Part shown: positions 9,555 to 18,217 of the stretch, in pieces | Layout of the letters: each line of letters opens with the position of its first letter | How positions within the stretch are numbered: position 1 is the stretch's first letter | From: Flavobacteriales bacterium | Lineage (GTDB): Bacteria; Bacteroidota; Bacteroidia; Flavobacteriales_D; Sanyastnellaceae | Direction of reading: 5' to 3' | DNA length: 35,769 nucleotides | Assembly (NCBI GenBank): GCA_044239235.1 | Contig: JBIIBU010000001.1 | Coordinates: 1-35,769 of the forward strand | Translations under genes and position numbers: made by a program | Notes under the pieces: model-generated | The model's database searches: none | What the model was told of the DNA's origin: nothing | Seen by the model: the letters and a program-made list of their open reading frames with translations, nothing else

Positions 9555-10654
9555 TTTCTTCTTTTTCTATTACGTTCATAATCCAATAAAATACCGTCAC
9601 CAAGACCTGTAAGTCCAGTGAATAGGGCCTTGCCGTTATTTGCCTCAGTGAAGTCATCTACAAATTCTTGTAAATAGGGGTCATCAGTGAGCATAAAAGT
9701 GGTGATTGGAATTTTCGCTTTCCGGCATTGGCGAGCAAGGTTGAGGCATTTTCCAACTATGTATGGATCGAGTCCAAATGAGTTTTTGTAATACTCTCCA
9801 TTCTCTTTCAAACACGATGGCTTACCATCTGTTATCATAAATATTTGTTTGTTGCCAGCCTTTCTTCTTCTCAGAATATCCATTGACAATTCAAGACCCG
9901 CAACGGTATTCGTGTGATAAGGACCCACTTGTAAATATGGGAGGTCTTTCACCATGATGGGCCAAGCATCATCTCCAAAGACTACTATATCCAGTGTATC
10001 CTTTGGATAGCGTTTCATAATAAGTTCAGCCAAAGCCATAGCCACCTTTTTGGCAGGAGTAATGCGGTCTTCGCCATATAATATCATCGAGTGGGAAATA
10101 TCAATCATCAAGACCGTAGAGGCTTGTGAAAGATTTTCTGTTTCATAGACTTCGAGATCGCTTTCTGTTAAATGAAATTCGTCCGTTCCGTGATTGATCT
10201 GAGCATTTCGCAGCGATTCGCTCATCAAAATTTGTTCTGGTTTATCGCCGAACACAAAAGGCCGAGTGATCTCTGTTGCCTCATCTCCGCTTGAAGTAAA
10301 CTTCGTGCGGTGTCCACCTCTATTGGTCTTTTTCATTTTACCAAAGAGTTGCTCCAATGCACGCTGGCGCATCGCTTGTTCCGATTTCCCCGTCAGACTA
10401 GTTCCCCCGCCTTTTCCTTTTTGCAAATCATCTTGAAGAAATCCGCGGCGTTTCAATTCTTGTTCAAAATCATCGCGGGAGTATGTGTCAGAGAATAGCG
10501 GTTGTTGTTTATCAATTTCTTCCATCCAATCCAACGCCTCATTTGGGTCTCCCGAGGTATAATTCAAAAGCTCGATAAACAGCGGCAATAGTCGATCAAA
10601 CGGCTTTCGTTTGTCGCTTTCGGGAATGAATTCTGAAAATGTAAATCCGAGCAT
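9551..10654 (-). CDS. vWA domain protein (CoxE-like), partner of the AAA+ ATPase
   Basis: 367 aa with the MIDAS motif DISHS (DxSxS, residues 185-189) in VLMIDISHSM. The vWA fold pattern continues with FMITDGKP. The gene is translationally coupled to the downstream ATPase. Confidence 0.85.
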   Translation of the reverse strand: MLGFTFSEFIPESDKRKPFDRLLPLFIELLNYTSGDPNEALDWMEEIDKQQPLFSDTYSRDDFEQELKRRGFLQDDLQKGKGGGTSLTGKSEQAMRQRALEQLFGKMKKTNRGGHRTKFTSSGDEATEITRPFVFGDKPEQILMSESLRNAQINHGTDEFHLTESDLEVYETENLSQASTVLMIDISHSMILYGEDRITPAKKVAMALAELIMKRYPKDTLDIVVFGDDAWPIMVKDLPYLQVGPYHTNTVAGLELSMDILRRRKAGNKQIFMITDGKPSCLKENGEYYKNSFGLDPYIVGKCLNLARQCRKAKIPITTFMLTDDPYLQEFVDDFTEANNGKALFTGLTGLGDGILLDYERNRKRRK

Positions 10655-10715
10655 AAATTACTAGCAATAGAGTTGCCTAAGATACATTAACAACGAAGTA
10701 GGCATTTTGTTAAAA

Positions 10716-10770
10716 GTGACCGACGACCGGTGACTGGTGACTGGTGACTGGTGACTGGTGACTGGTGACG
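10716..10770. repeat. Heptamer tandem array: gtgac|cgacgac|c then GGTGACT x5 perfect plus GGTGACG
   Basis: Read directly: ggtgact at 10729, 10736, 10743, 10750 and 10757, then ggtgacg at 10764-10770. It lies in the divergent intergenic region between the vWA operon and the histidine kinase gene. Confidence 0.95.
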
Positions 10771-10794
10771 AGCGTACTCCGTACCTGAACTTCA

Positions 10795-10908
10795 CACCAC
10801 AACCCCACTAACCCTCTACCTCCCGACCCCACTACCCACGAACTCCCGACCCCACGAACCCACGAACCCAAGACCCCACGAACTCACGACCCCACGAACT
10901 CCCGAACT
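10795..10908. repeat. C-rich degenerate octamer array (CCCACGAA / CTCCCGAC family)
   Basis: ctcccgac|cccacgaa|cccacgaa|cccaagac|cccacgaa|ctcacgac|cccacgaa|ctcccgaa. This is the reverse complement of the TTCGTGGG words at 32357-32420. Confidence 0.9.
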
Positions 10909-10923
10909 CACTATCTTTGGCCT

Positions 10924-12417
10924 GTGAACCTCTATAGTAACAAACAGCGCTGGAAACTTTTCCTATTTGCAATCGCCGTGGTGATTGTGGGGATTACGCT
11001 TTGGTATAGCAATCACATTGCGGATAAGATTCGGGAGGAAGAGCGGACAAAGGTGGAATTGTGGAGTGCTGCGATTCAACGAAGAGCAGAGCTGGTTTCA
11101 TTCACAGAAAACCTATTTGATAATCTCCGAGAAGAAGAGCGAAAAAAGGCGAATCTACTTGCCAAAGCCTATCAAATACTAAGTGATCCTACTGATCAAA
11201 ACGACTTAACATTTATCACTGATTTCATTTGGGGAAATAATACCATTCCCATTTTGATATATGATGATAATGGCAATTTATCGAACTCTGCGAATCTCCC
11301 GTCTGACAAAGAAAACAACAAAGAATACATCGATTCTTTATACAAAGTCATGCGTAAGAAGTATGACCCCATTAAGTTTCCTGAAGTAGGATTAAAGGTG
11401 TATTACAACGACAGTTACATCTTCATGGAACTGCAAAGAACAATGGATGACTTGATCAATTCATTCATTTCAGAGACAGTTATCAATGCTGCTTCAGTAC
11501 CAGTGGTGGTGGTGGATAGCACACAAACAAAAATCATTCGCACAGGAAATATTGACTCCACTTTGATTGCAACAGAAGAATTGAAGTCTCGAAAGTTGGC
11601 TGATATGAAGCAAAACGGAACGCCAATAGAAATCAATCTTCCGGGTCAAGGCAAACAATTTATTTATTACGAAGATTCGGAAGTCCTCAAGCAGCTTCAA
11701 CTATTCCCTGTCTTTCAATTGATTTTGATTGGAGTATTTCTATTGATTAGTTATTTGATTTTCTCCACATTTAGAAAAGCAGAGCAGAATCAAGTATGGG
11801 TTGGAATGGCAAAGGAAACAGCGCATCAATTAGGCACTCCGCTCTCATCACTCATGGCGTGGTCTGAACTCTTGCAAGCTCAGGGCGTGGATTCCTCAAC
11901 GATGGTTGAGCTGAATAAAGACATTGATCGTCTAAATACAATCACCGATCGTTTTTCAAAGATTGGGTCTGTTCCAGAATTGCACAACACTGATTTGGAA
12001 GATGCAGTTCGCTCAGCATTTGACTACTTGAATGTTCGTGTTTCTCGTCGTGTTGTATTCTCAGTGCACAATGAAGTTCCAGGATTACAATGTCCACTCA
12101 ACCTTCCTTTGTTTGGATGGGTAATAGAAAACTTGGTGAAAAATGCAGTTGATGCCATGGACGGAGAAGGCACTTTGCACGCGCGTATTTTCACTGAAAA
12201 TGGCACAGCATGCTTAGAAATAACAGATTCAGGTAAAGGCATTCCGAAGAACAAATGGAATACTGTTTTCCAGCCAGGATATACAACGAAGAAGCGCGGC
12301 TGGGGACTCGGGCTGTCATTAGTAAAACGCATCATTGAAAATTATCATCAAGGACGAATTTTCATTTCCGCGAGTGAGCCTGGGAAGGGGACTACTTTCC
12401 GTATTGAATTAAGTTAG
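10924..12417 (+). CDS. Membrane sensor histidine kinase (two TM segments, ~220-aa extracytoplasmic domain, HisKA + HATPase_c)
   Basis: TM1 is WKLFLFAIAVVIVGITLWY and TM2 is FPVFQLILIGVFLLISYLIF. The H-box is ETAHQLGTPLSSL, and the N/G boxes are ENLVKNAVDA, DSGKGI and GWGLGLS. The only in-frame start before TM1 is GTG at 10924. No cognate response regulator is adjacent. Confidence 0.88.
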   Translation: MNLYSNKQRWKLFLFAIAVVIVGITLWYSNHIADKIREEERTKVELWSAAIQRRAELVSFTENLFDNLREEERKKANLLAKAYQILSDPTDQNDLTFITDFIWGNNTIPILIYDDNGNLSNSANLPSDKENNKEYIDSLYKVMRKKYDPIKFPEVGLKVYYNDSYIFMELQRTMDDLINSFISETVINAASVPVVVVDSTQTKIIRTGNIDSTLIATEELKSRKLADMKQNGTPIEINLPGQGKQFIYYEDSEVLKQLQLFPVFQLILIGVFLLISYLIFSTFRKAEQNQVWVGMAKETAHQLGTPLSSLMAWSELLQAQGVDSSTMVELNKDIDRLNTITDRFSKIGSVPELHNTDLEDAVRSAFDYLNVRVSRRVVFSVHNEVPGLQCPLNLPLFGWVIENLVKNAVDAMDGEGTLHARIFTENGTACLEITDSGKGIPKNKWNTVFQPGYTTKKRGWGLGLSLVKRIIENYHQGRIFISASEPGKGTTFRIELS

Positions 12418-12527
12418 TTCTCTTGCTATTTGGACACAGAGTTTAAGAGTTTTACAGAGGTCACTCAGAAATTTCCGTTTTTTCGAAATCCACTTCTTTT
12501 AAAAATTTCATTTGTTAATCTTGTTTC

Positions 12528-12917
12528 ATGAAAACTGAAAACGAGATTACTTACGCAATTATCAATGCGGCAATTTGTGTTCACAAGGCCTTGGGTCCTG
12601 GACTGCTTGAATCCACCTATGCAAGCTGTTTGAGGATGGAACTAAAGGACAGAAATATTAGGTTTCTCTCCGAACTAGAGTTGCCTGTAGTTTATAGAGA
12701 TACTGTGATTGATAAATCCTATCGAATCGACTTATTAGTTGAGGACCAAATAGTAGTAGAACTCAAATCTGTCGAAACCGTTAACGATCTGCATCACGCA
12801 CAATTATTGACCTACATGAAACTTTCCAAACACAAAGTTGGCCTCTTGATTAACTTCAATGTTCCTGTATTAAAAGATGGAATTTCAAGAAAAATAAATA
12901 CTCTTAAAACTCTGTGA
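12528..12917 (+). CDS. GxxExxY protein (PD-(D/E)XK nuclease-like, PDDEXK_3 family)
   Basis: 129 aa. The eponymous motif GLLESTY is present in LGPGLLESTYASCL, and D..VELK matches a PD-(D/E)XK core (RIDLLVEDQIVVELK). The gene is a small solo insertion between unrelated genes. Confidence 0.88.
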   Translation: MKTENEITYAIINAAICVHKALGPGLLESTYASCLRMELKDRNIRFLSELELPVVYRDTVIDKSYRIDLLVEDQIVVELKSVETVNDLHHAQLLTYMKLSKHKVGLLINFNVPVLKDGISRKINTLKTL

Positions 12918-12977
12918 ATCTCCGTGAACTCAGTGTCCAATTTCCCAACTTTAATACAAACGACCTATTTTTGGAAA

Positions 12978-13583
12978 ATGGAAAAGAAAAAGAAAGTCAT
13001 GTTGGGATTGAAGTTGCCTACCGATCCTCGTTGGGTGAATATTGTGGAGAAGAACATATCTGAAATTCTCACAGACCATGCGTATTGTGAGCAGAAGGCG
13101 GCGAGCAATGCTATTACCAATATTATTCGTCATCCCGATATTCCTGAACTTGTGGAAGCGATGATTCGCATTGCGAAAGAAGAGATGGAACATTTTGGTC
13201 AAGTGCACGACATCATACAGCGCAAGGGCTTTCAATTGGGTCGTGAGCGCAAGGATGAATATGTCCATGAAATTTCTGCTTTCATTAAGCGAGGGGGAGA
13301 TAGCAGAGAAAGACAAGTGGTCGATAATATGCTTTTCGGTGCAATGATTGAAGCGCGCAGTTGTGAGCGCTTCAGAGTGCTATCACAAGAAATTAGCGAT
13401 CCTGAATTGGCCGCGTTTTATCATGATTTGATGGTAAGCGAAGCGGATCATTACACCACGTTTATTAGTCTCGCAAGAAAGTATGGAACTGGAATCGATG
13501 TTGATGCGCGATGGAAAGAGATTCTAGAGTTTGAGGGTCAACTCATGCTCAAATACGGAAAGAAAGAAACGGTGCACGGATGA
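12978..13583 (+). CDS. miaE: tRNA-(ms2io6A37)-hydroxylase MiaE (ferritin-like di-iron)
   Basis: LPTDPRWVNIVEKNISEILTDHAYCEQKAA plus EEMEH and SEADH (ExxH pairs) indicate MiaE. The ATG at 12978 (MEKKKK...) is preferred to the GTG at 12924, which lies inside the repeat words. Confidence 0.88.
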   Translation: MEKKKKVMLGLKLPTDPRWVNIVEKNISEILTDHAYCEQKAASNAITNIIRHPDIPELVEAMIRIAKEEMEHFGQVHDIIQRKGFQLGRERKDEYVHEISAFIKRGGDSRERQVVDNMLFGAMIEARSCERFRVLSQEISDPELAAFYHDLMVSEADHYTTFISLARKYGTGIDVDARWKEILEFEGQLMLKYGKKETVHG

Positions 13584-14065
13584 TTTATACAGCAACACTT
13601 TCAGACATTCCTGAGATACAGGCCATCGCAGCTCGTATCTGGCCTATAGCTTATAAAGATGTTTCTAAACCCGGTCAAATCAGCTATATGCTCGATATGA
13701 TGTACAGCACAGAAGCAATGCAAAAACAAATGCTTGAGCAGGGTTGTGAGTTCCTTCTATACCAACCGAACAATCATTCGGTCGGATTTGCTTCTTATAG
13801 TAAAAATGAAGAAGGAATTTGGAGACTGCACAAGTTGTACGTTGACATAGATCAACACGGCAAGGGTATTGGGAAAGTTCTATTAGAAGAAGTGAAGAAA
13901 CGCGTCGCTGAAAAAGGCGGTAGTGAATTAGAACTGAACGTCAACAAACGCAATAAGGCCAAGGATTTCTACTATTCACAAGGATTTACTCTCCGTAGAG
14001 AAGAAGTAATTGATATTGGAGAAGGGTATGTGATGGATGATTTTGTGCTAGTAGTTGAGATTTGA
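13580..14065 (+). CDS. GNAT family N-acetyltransferase
   Basis: 161 aa with the acetyl-CoA motif QHGKGIGKVLL. It overlaps miaE by ATGA (13580-13583). Confidence 0.88.
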   Translation: MIYTATLSDIPEIQAIAARIWPIAYKDVSKPGQISYMLDMMYSTEAMQKQMLEQGCEFLLYQPNNHSVGFASYSKNEEGIWRLHKLYVDIDQHGKGIGKVLLEEVKKRVAEKGGSELELNVNKRNKAKDFYYSQGFTLRREEVIDIGEGYVMDDFVLVVEI

Positions 14066-14089
14066 GGACAGTTCCTGAGCATTAAATAA

Positions 14090-14130
14090 AAAACCCCCCA
14101 CGGATCCGTGAGGGGTTTTATATTTTTTAA
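14090..14130. terminator. Bidirectional rho-independent terminator between convergent genes
   Basis: aaaaccccccacggatccgtgaggggtttt forms a GC-rich hairpin centred on 14104/14105, with one C/A mismatch. It is flanked by an A-run upstream and ttttatatttttt downstream. Confidence 0.8.
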
Positions 14131-14140
14131 GAACTAGGTC

Positions 14141-14965
14141 TTAGTGAGCAACCACAACACTGTGGTTTTCTACTGAACCGTTGTTCAATACTTTCACGCT
14201 GTAAACGCCATTTGCAAGTACAGAAGCATCGAAAGAGAATGTAGTGTTTTGCACTTCCATCAAACGATCTTGACGAACGATTTTACCATTCATGTCGTAG
14301 ATTACAACTGTAGTCTCGCCAGTAATCTTAGAGCCGAATTGAAGGTTCAATTGGTTAGTTGCAGGGTTTGGATAAACAGTTGAGTTTGCTTCGTTGTTAA
14401 GCAATTCGTTAACACCAACTTGCTCAGCACCATCGAATAACAAAGAGAATGTGTCAAACAAGATAGAAGAACCATTAGTTGAATAACCGTTAACACCAAT
14501 TGTATGAGCATCTCCATCTGTGTAAGCTGAAAGATCCAATGTGATTTCAGCGTAGTCTGATCCGATAGAAGCAGAATCTGTAGCATAAACAGTATGCAAA
14601 ACAGTGTTATCTACGTATACATCACAACGGTCTTCTCCGCCATCACCTAGGTTACCTACCATTACGTAGAAAGATAGGGAAGCTGTTGCACCATTAGTAA
14701 AAAGGACAGTTTGTGAAAGGTGACCATCCTCAGAAGTGCCAGTTCCAGCACCACCAAACCAAGCATAGTAGGTACCAGCTTGTGGAGCGCAACCACCACC
14801 ACAATCGCCGCAAGAAGCGTCGCAAAGTGGAGTACCGAAGTTGGTTGAATTCTCAGACCAACCGTATCCAACCATTACACCAGATTCAAAACCAGGATTG
14901 ATCAATTGAGCGTTCATTGACGCCGCAAGACCAAACGCACCAAGCATTAGAGTAAAATTTTTCAT
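14141..14965 (-). CDS. Small secreted protein of unknown function with T9SS C-terminal sorting domain
   Basis: Signal peptide MKNFTLMLGAFGLAASMNAQ, a Cys-rich loop CDASCGDCGGGCAPQ, and a C-terminal CTD (VYPNPATNQLNLQF...VYSVKVLN). Confidence 0.85.
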   Translation of the reverse strand: MKNFTLMLGAFGLAASMNAQLINPGFESGVMVGYGWSENSTNFGTPLCDASCGDCGGGCAPQAGTYYAWFGGAGTGTSEDGHLSQTVLFTNGATASLSFYVMVGNLGDGGEDRCDVYVDNTVLHTVYATDSASIGSDYAEITLDLSAYTDGDAHTIGVNGYSTNGSSILFDTFSLLFDGAEQVGVNELLNNEANSTVYPNPATNQLNLQFGSKITGETTVVIYDMNGKIVRQDRLMEVQNTTFSFDASVLANGVYSVKVLNNGSVENHSVVVAH

Positions 14966-15009
14966 GCAGTTATTTATTTAATTATTATAAGTTTCAAATA
15001 TAGTACATT

Positions 15010-17316
15010 CTATCTGCGCTTACCGCCTTTAGAACCTCCACGAGAGCCACCCCTTGAATCACCGCGTGACCCTCCTCTACTTCCACCTCTGCTGTCCCTT
15101 CCACGTTGTTGTCTTGGTTCACGTGCAATATCTTTCATTGCAAATTTGCTCATCGCATCCATGCCTTCGTCAACCAATTCAAAATCAAGCGTGCGTTGTT
15201 GAATGTCGCCACCTACAACACGAATCTTCACTTTATCTCCCATGTGGAACTCACGCTTTTTGCGCAATCCGTATACGATGTAGCGCTCTGAATCAAATTC
15301 ATAATTGTCGCCCATAAGCGAGTCCATAGGAACTAATCCTTCGCACTTATTCTCTGTGACTTCAATATACAATCCCCATCCAGCAAGACCTGAAATCATG
15401 GCGTCGAAAACTTCGCCAACACTTGCCAACATAAATTCAACCTGCTTGAATTTGATAGATGCTCTCTCGGCGTCTGACGCTCGTTTTTCCATCAAAGAGC
15501 TATGACGACAGCGGAACTCATACTCACTCTCATCCACACTTCTTCCCTTGTCTATATAATGCTGCAATAATCTATGCACCATAATATCCGGATATCGACG
15601 GATAGGACTCGTGAAGTGCGTGTAGAAATCAAAAGCCAAACCGTAGTGTCCGATATTGTCTGTAGAATATTCTGCTTTCGCCATTGCACGAATGGCCATC
15701 GTGCGAATAACTCCCTCTTCAGGTTCACCTTCCACTGCTTTCATCAAACTCTTAATGATGCCCACACTTCCCTCGGCTTTCGTATAAGGAAGTTTGTAAC
15801 CCAATTGTTTTACAAAAGATCTAAGCGTTTGCAATTTTGTTTCATCAGGTTCAGCGTGCACGCGATAGACAAATGTCTTCGGTGTTTTACCTGCATTCAT
15901 ATTATTGGTAGCATCACCAATAAACTCAGCGACACGGCGATTTGCAAGCAACATGAAATCTTCAATCAATTGATTTGACTCTTTCATCGTCTTCACATAC
16001 ACACCAATAGGAGCGCCCTTTTCATCTAGTTTGAATTTCACTTCTTCACTAGAGAAATCAATGCTACCTTCTTCAAAGCGTGCTTTGCGTAATTTCTTCG
16101 CAAGATCATTTAGTATTAAAATTTCACTTGCAAAATCTCCTTTTGATGCTGGACCTTCTTCAATAATTTCTTGAGCTTCTTCGTAAGTGAAACGGCGATC
16201 GCTGTAAATTACAGTGCGACCAAACCATTCTTTTACGAGTTCAGCATTTTCATCCAATTCGAATACTGCGCTGAAACAAAGTTTCTCTTCATGAGGACGA
16301 AGCGAGCACAAGAAGTTCGACAAGCGCTCTGGGAGCATTGGAATGGTGCGGTCTACAAGATAAACGCTTGTCGCACGATTGAAAGCCTCAGCTTCTAGAG
16401 GACCACCGATCTCCATGTAATGACTTACATCTGCGATGTGCACACCGACTTCATAATTTCCATTATCTAATTTTTGAATCGATAAAGCATCATCAAAATC
16501 TTTCGCGTCGAATGGGTCAATCGTAAAGGTTGTTATACCTCTAAAATCGCGACGTTTTGCAATTTCGCGTTGCGTCAAATCCGCAGGAATTCGGTTTGCT
16601 AATTCCTCAAGTTCATCAGAGAACTCATAAGGCAAACCAAACTCAGCAATGATAGCATGCATCTCAGCTTGGTGCTCACCGGGAAGACCAAATATTTTTG
16701 TCACTCGTCCAAAAGGACTAGCCTCGGGACGATCCCAATCAAGAATTTGCACAAGAACTTTTTGACCAGCCTGTGCCCCGTTTAATTGTTCCTTTGAAAT
16801 AAAGAAATCAACGTGTACCTTCTTATCCGATGGAAGCATGAACATGCCTGCTTTACTCTGTTGGAGAATTCCAACAAACTCTCGGCGTGCTCTTTCGACC
16901 ACGCGAATCATTTTCCCTTGAGGATTTCTACCTTTCGGATTAAAGCTAATTTCTACCATATCGCCATGAAGAGCAAACATGGTTTTTCCTTTTGGAATTT
17001 CTATGTCTTTGGTAAAACCTTCCACAGAAACATATCCTTTCCCGAAACGGTTGATTTCAATTTTACCTATAAAATTTTGCACTGGCGCTGCAACCAAAAG
17101 GAATTTTCCTCTCTCAATTTCATTGAGTTTTCCTTGCTCAGTCTCCTCTTGAAGTATGGTATAGATTAGGGTTCTGACACCGCTATCTGTAATATTCAGC
17201 GCAGCAGAAATCTGCTTGTGATTCAAGGGTTTGCGGTCTGATTGTTCAAACAAATCATAAATCTGCCTGCGCAGATCGCCCTTGTTAAAGTTGTTTTTTT
17301 CTCTTCTTATTTTCAT
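15010..17316 (-). CDS. rnr: Ribonuclease R
   Basis: 768 aa with the RNB catalytic region (ITTFTIDPFDAKDFDDALS, HYGLAFDFYTHFTSPIRRYPD), an S1-like domain, and a C-terminal SRGG-rich basic tail. Confidence 0.93.
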   Translation of the reverse strand: MKIRREKNNFNKGDLRRQIYDLFEQSDRKPLNHKQISAALNITDSGVRTLIYTILQEETEQGKLNEIERGKFLLVAAPVQNFIGKIEINRFGKGYVSVEGFTKDIEIPKGKTMFALHGDMVEISFNPKGRNPQGKMIRVVERARREFVGILQQSKAGMFMLPSDKKVHVDFFISKEQLNGAQAGQKVLVQILDWDRPEASPFGRVTKIFGLPGEHQAEMHAIIAEFGLPYEFSDELEELANRIPADLTQREIAKRRDFRGITTFTIDPFDAKDFDDALSIQKLDNGNYEVGVHIADVSHYMEIGGPLEAEAFNRATSVYLVDRTIPMLPERLSNFLCSLRPHEEKLCFSAVFELDENAELVKEWFGRTVIYSDRRFTYEEAQEIIEEGPASKGDFASEILILNDLAKKLRKARFEEGSIDFSSEEVKFKLDEKGAPIGVYVKTMKESNQLIEDFMLLANRRVAEFIGDATNNMNAGKTPKTFVYRVHAEPDETKLQTLRSFVKQLGYKLPYTKAEGSVGIIKSLMKAVEGEPEEGVIRTMAIRAMAKAEYSTDNIGHYGLAFDFYTHFTSPIRRYPDIMVHRLLQHYIDKGRSVDESEYEFRCRHSSLMEKRASDAERASIKFKQVEFMLASVGEVFDAMISGLAGWGLYIEVTENKCEGLVPMDSLMGDNYEFDSERYIVYGLRKKREFHMGDKVKIRVVGGDIQQRTLDFELVDEGMDAMSKFAMKDIAREPRQQRGRDSRGGSRGGSRGDSRGGSRGGSKGGKRR

Positions 17317-17422
17317 CTACCCGCGAAGGTACGGCAAACGCATTGAAAAAATTAACCAAGTTTTTCAATTTCAATATGCTTAATTTTCGAAAGAATAAAC
17401 ATATTTGTAAAAACCTTTATCA

Positions 17423-18217
17423 ATGAAATTCCTTCTTTTATCGGCGATTGGAGCGCTTTCATTCTCCTATTCTATCGGACAATCAGATACTTCTGGCGTA
17501 ATTGATTACAACGAACTCATCACAATTGAAATTTCCACCGAAGGAATGGACTCAGCGCAAGCAGCTATGATGGCTCAGTTCATGCCCAAGGAACAAAAAT
17601 TTTACAAGCAAATGTTCTTTGATCAACAGCAATCCCTTTTCACACAAAACGATAGCATTACCAAGGCTGAAAATGAAGCGCGCATGAAAAAAATGCGCAT
17701 GGACGGAGGCGGCAGTGGCGGACCAATGATGATGATTAATATGGAAGGAGGACAAAGCGAATTGCACATCGACTTATCCAATAACATTTCAACTGAGTAT
17801 CAAGAATTCATGGGCAGAGATTTTCTGATTGAGAAAAAAAACGAAACTCCTAAGTGGAAAATCACAGGCAAACAAAAGTCGATTTTGAATTACATGTGCA
17901 TAGAGGCTACCGCTACAATTGATAGTTCTCTAGTGACTGCTTGGTTTACCCCGCAAATAAAAAACTCAATTGGCCCTAATGGATTAAACGGTTTGCCAGG
18001 AGCAATACTCGAAGCGCAAATGGGAAAAAGCAATGTGCATTATACCGCAACTAAAGTGACACTTAAACCTCTGGAGAAAAACTCTATCGAACGTCCAACC
18101 GTGGGTAAAAAAGTCACTAGTGAAGAGTTCGAAAAAATTGTTTTGGACAAGCAAAAAGAAATGGAAGAGCAATATGGAAAAAGTTCAGGACATCACATTA
18201 CAATTAAAACGAAGTGA
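17423..18217 (+). CDS. GLPGLI family protein
   Basis: 264 aa with a signal peptide. The family motif region is NGLNGLPGAILEAQ. Size and genomic pairing with a CarboxypepD_reg-type OMP gene are typical of this Bacteroidota paralogous family. Confidence 0.8.
   Translation: MKFLLLSAIGALSFSYSIGQSDTSGVIDYNELITIEISTEGMDSAQAAMMAQFMPKEQKFYKQMFFDQQQSLFTQNDSITKAENEARMKKMRMDGGGSGGPMMMINMEGGQSELHIDLSNNISTEYQEFMGRDFLIEKKNETPKWKITGKQKSILNYMCIEATATIDSSLVTAWFTPQIKNSIGPNGLNGLPGAILEAQMGKSNVHYTATKVTLKPLEKNSIERPTVGKKVTSEEFEKIVLDKQKEMEEQYGKSSGHHITIKTK

Noticed and set aside
10716-10908. Possible CRISPR array or minisatellite-encoded peptide
   Set aside because: The units are only 7-8 nt, directly abutting, and have no unique spacers. 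No ORF or cas gene is present, so this is not CRISPR.
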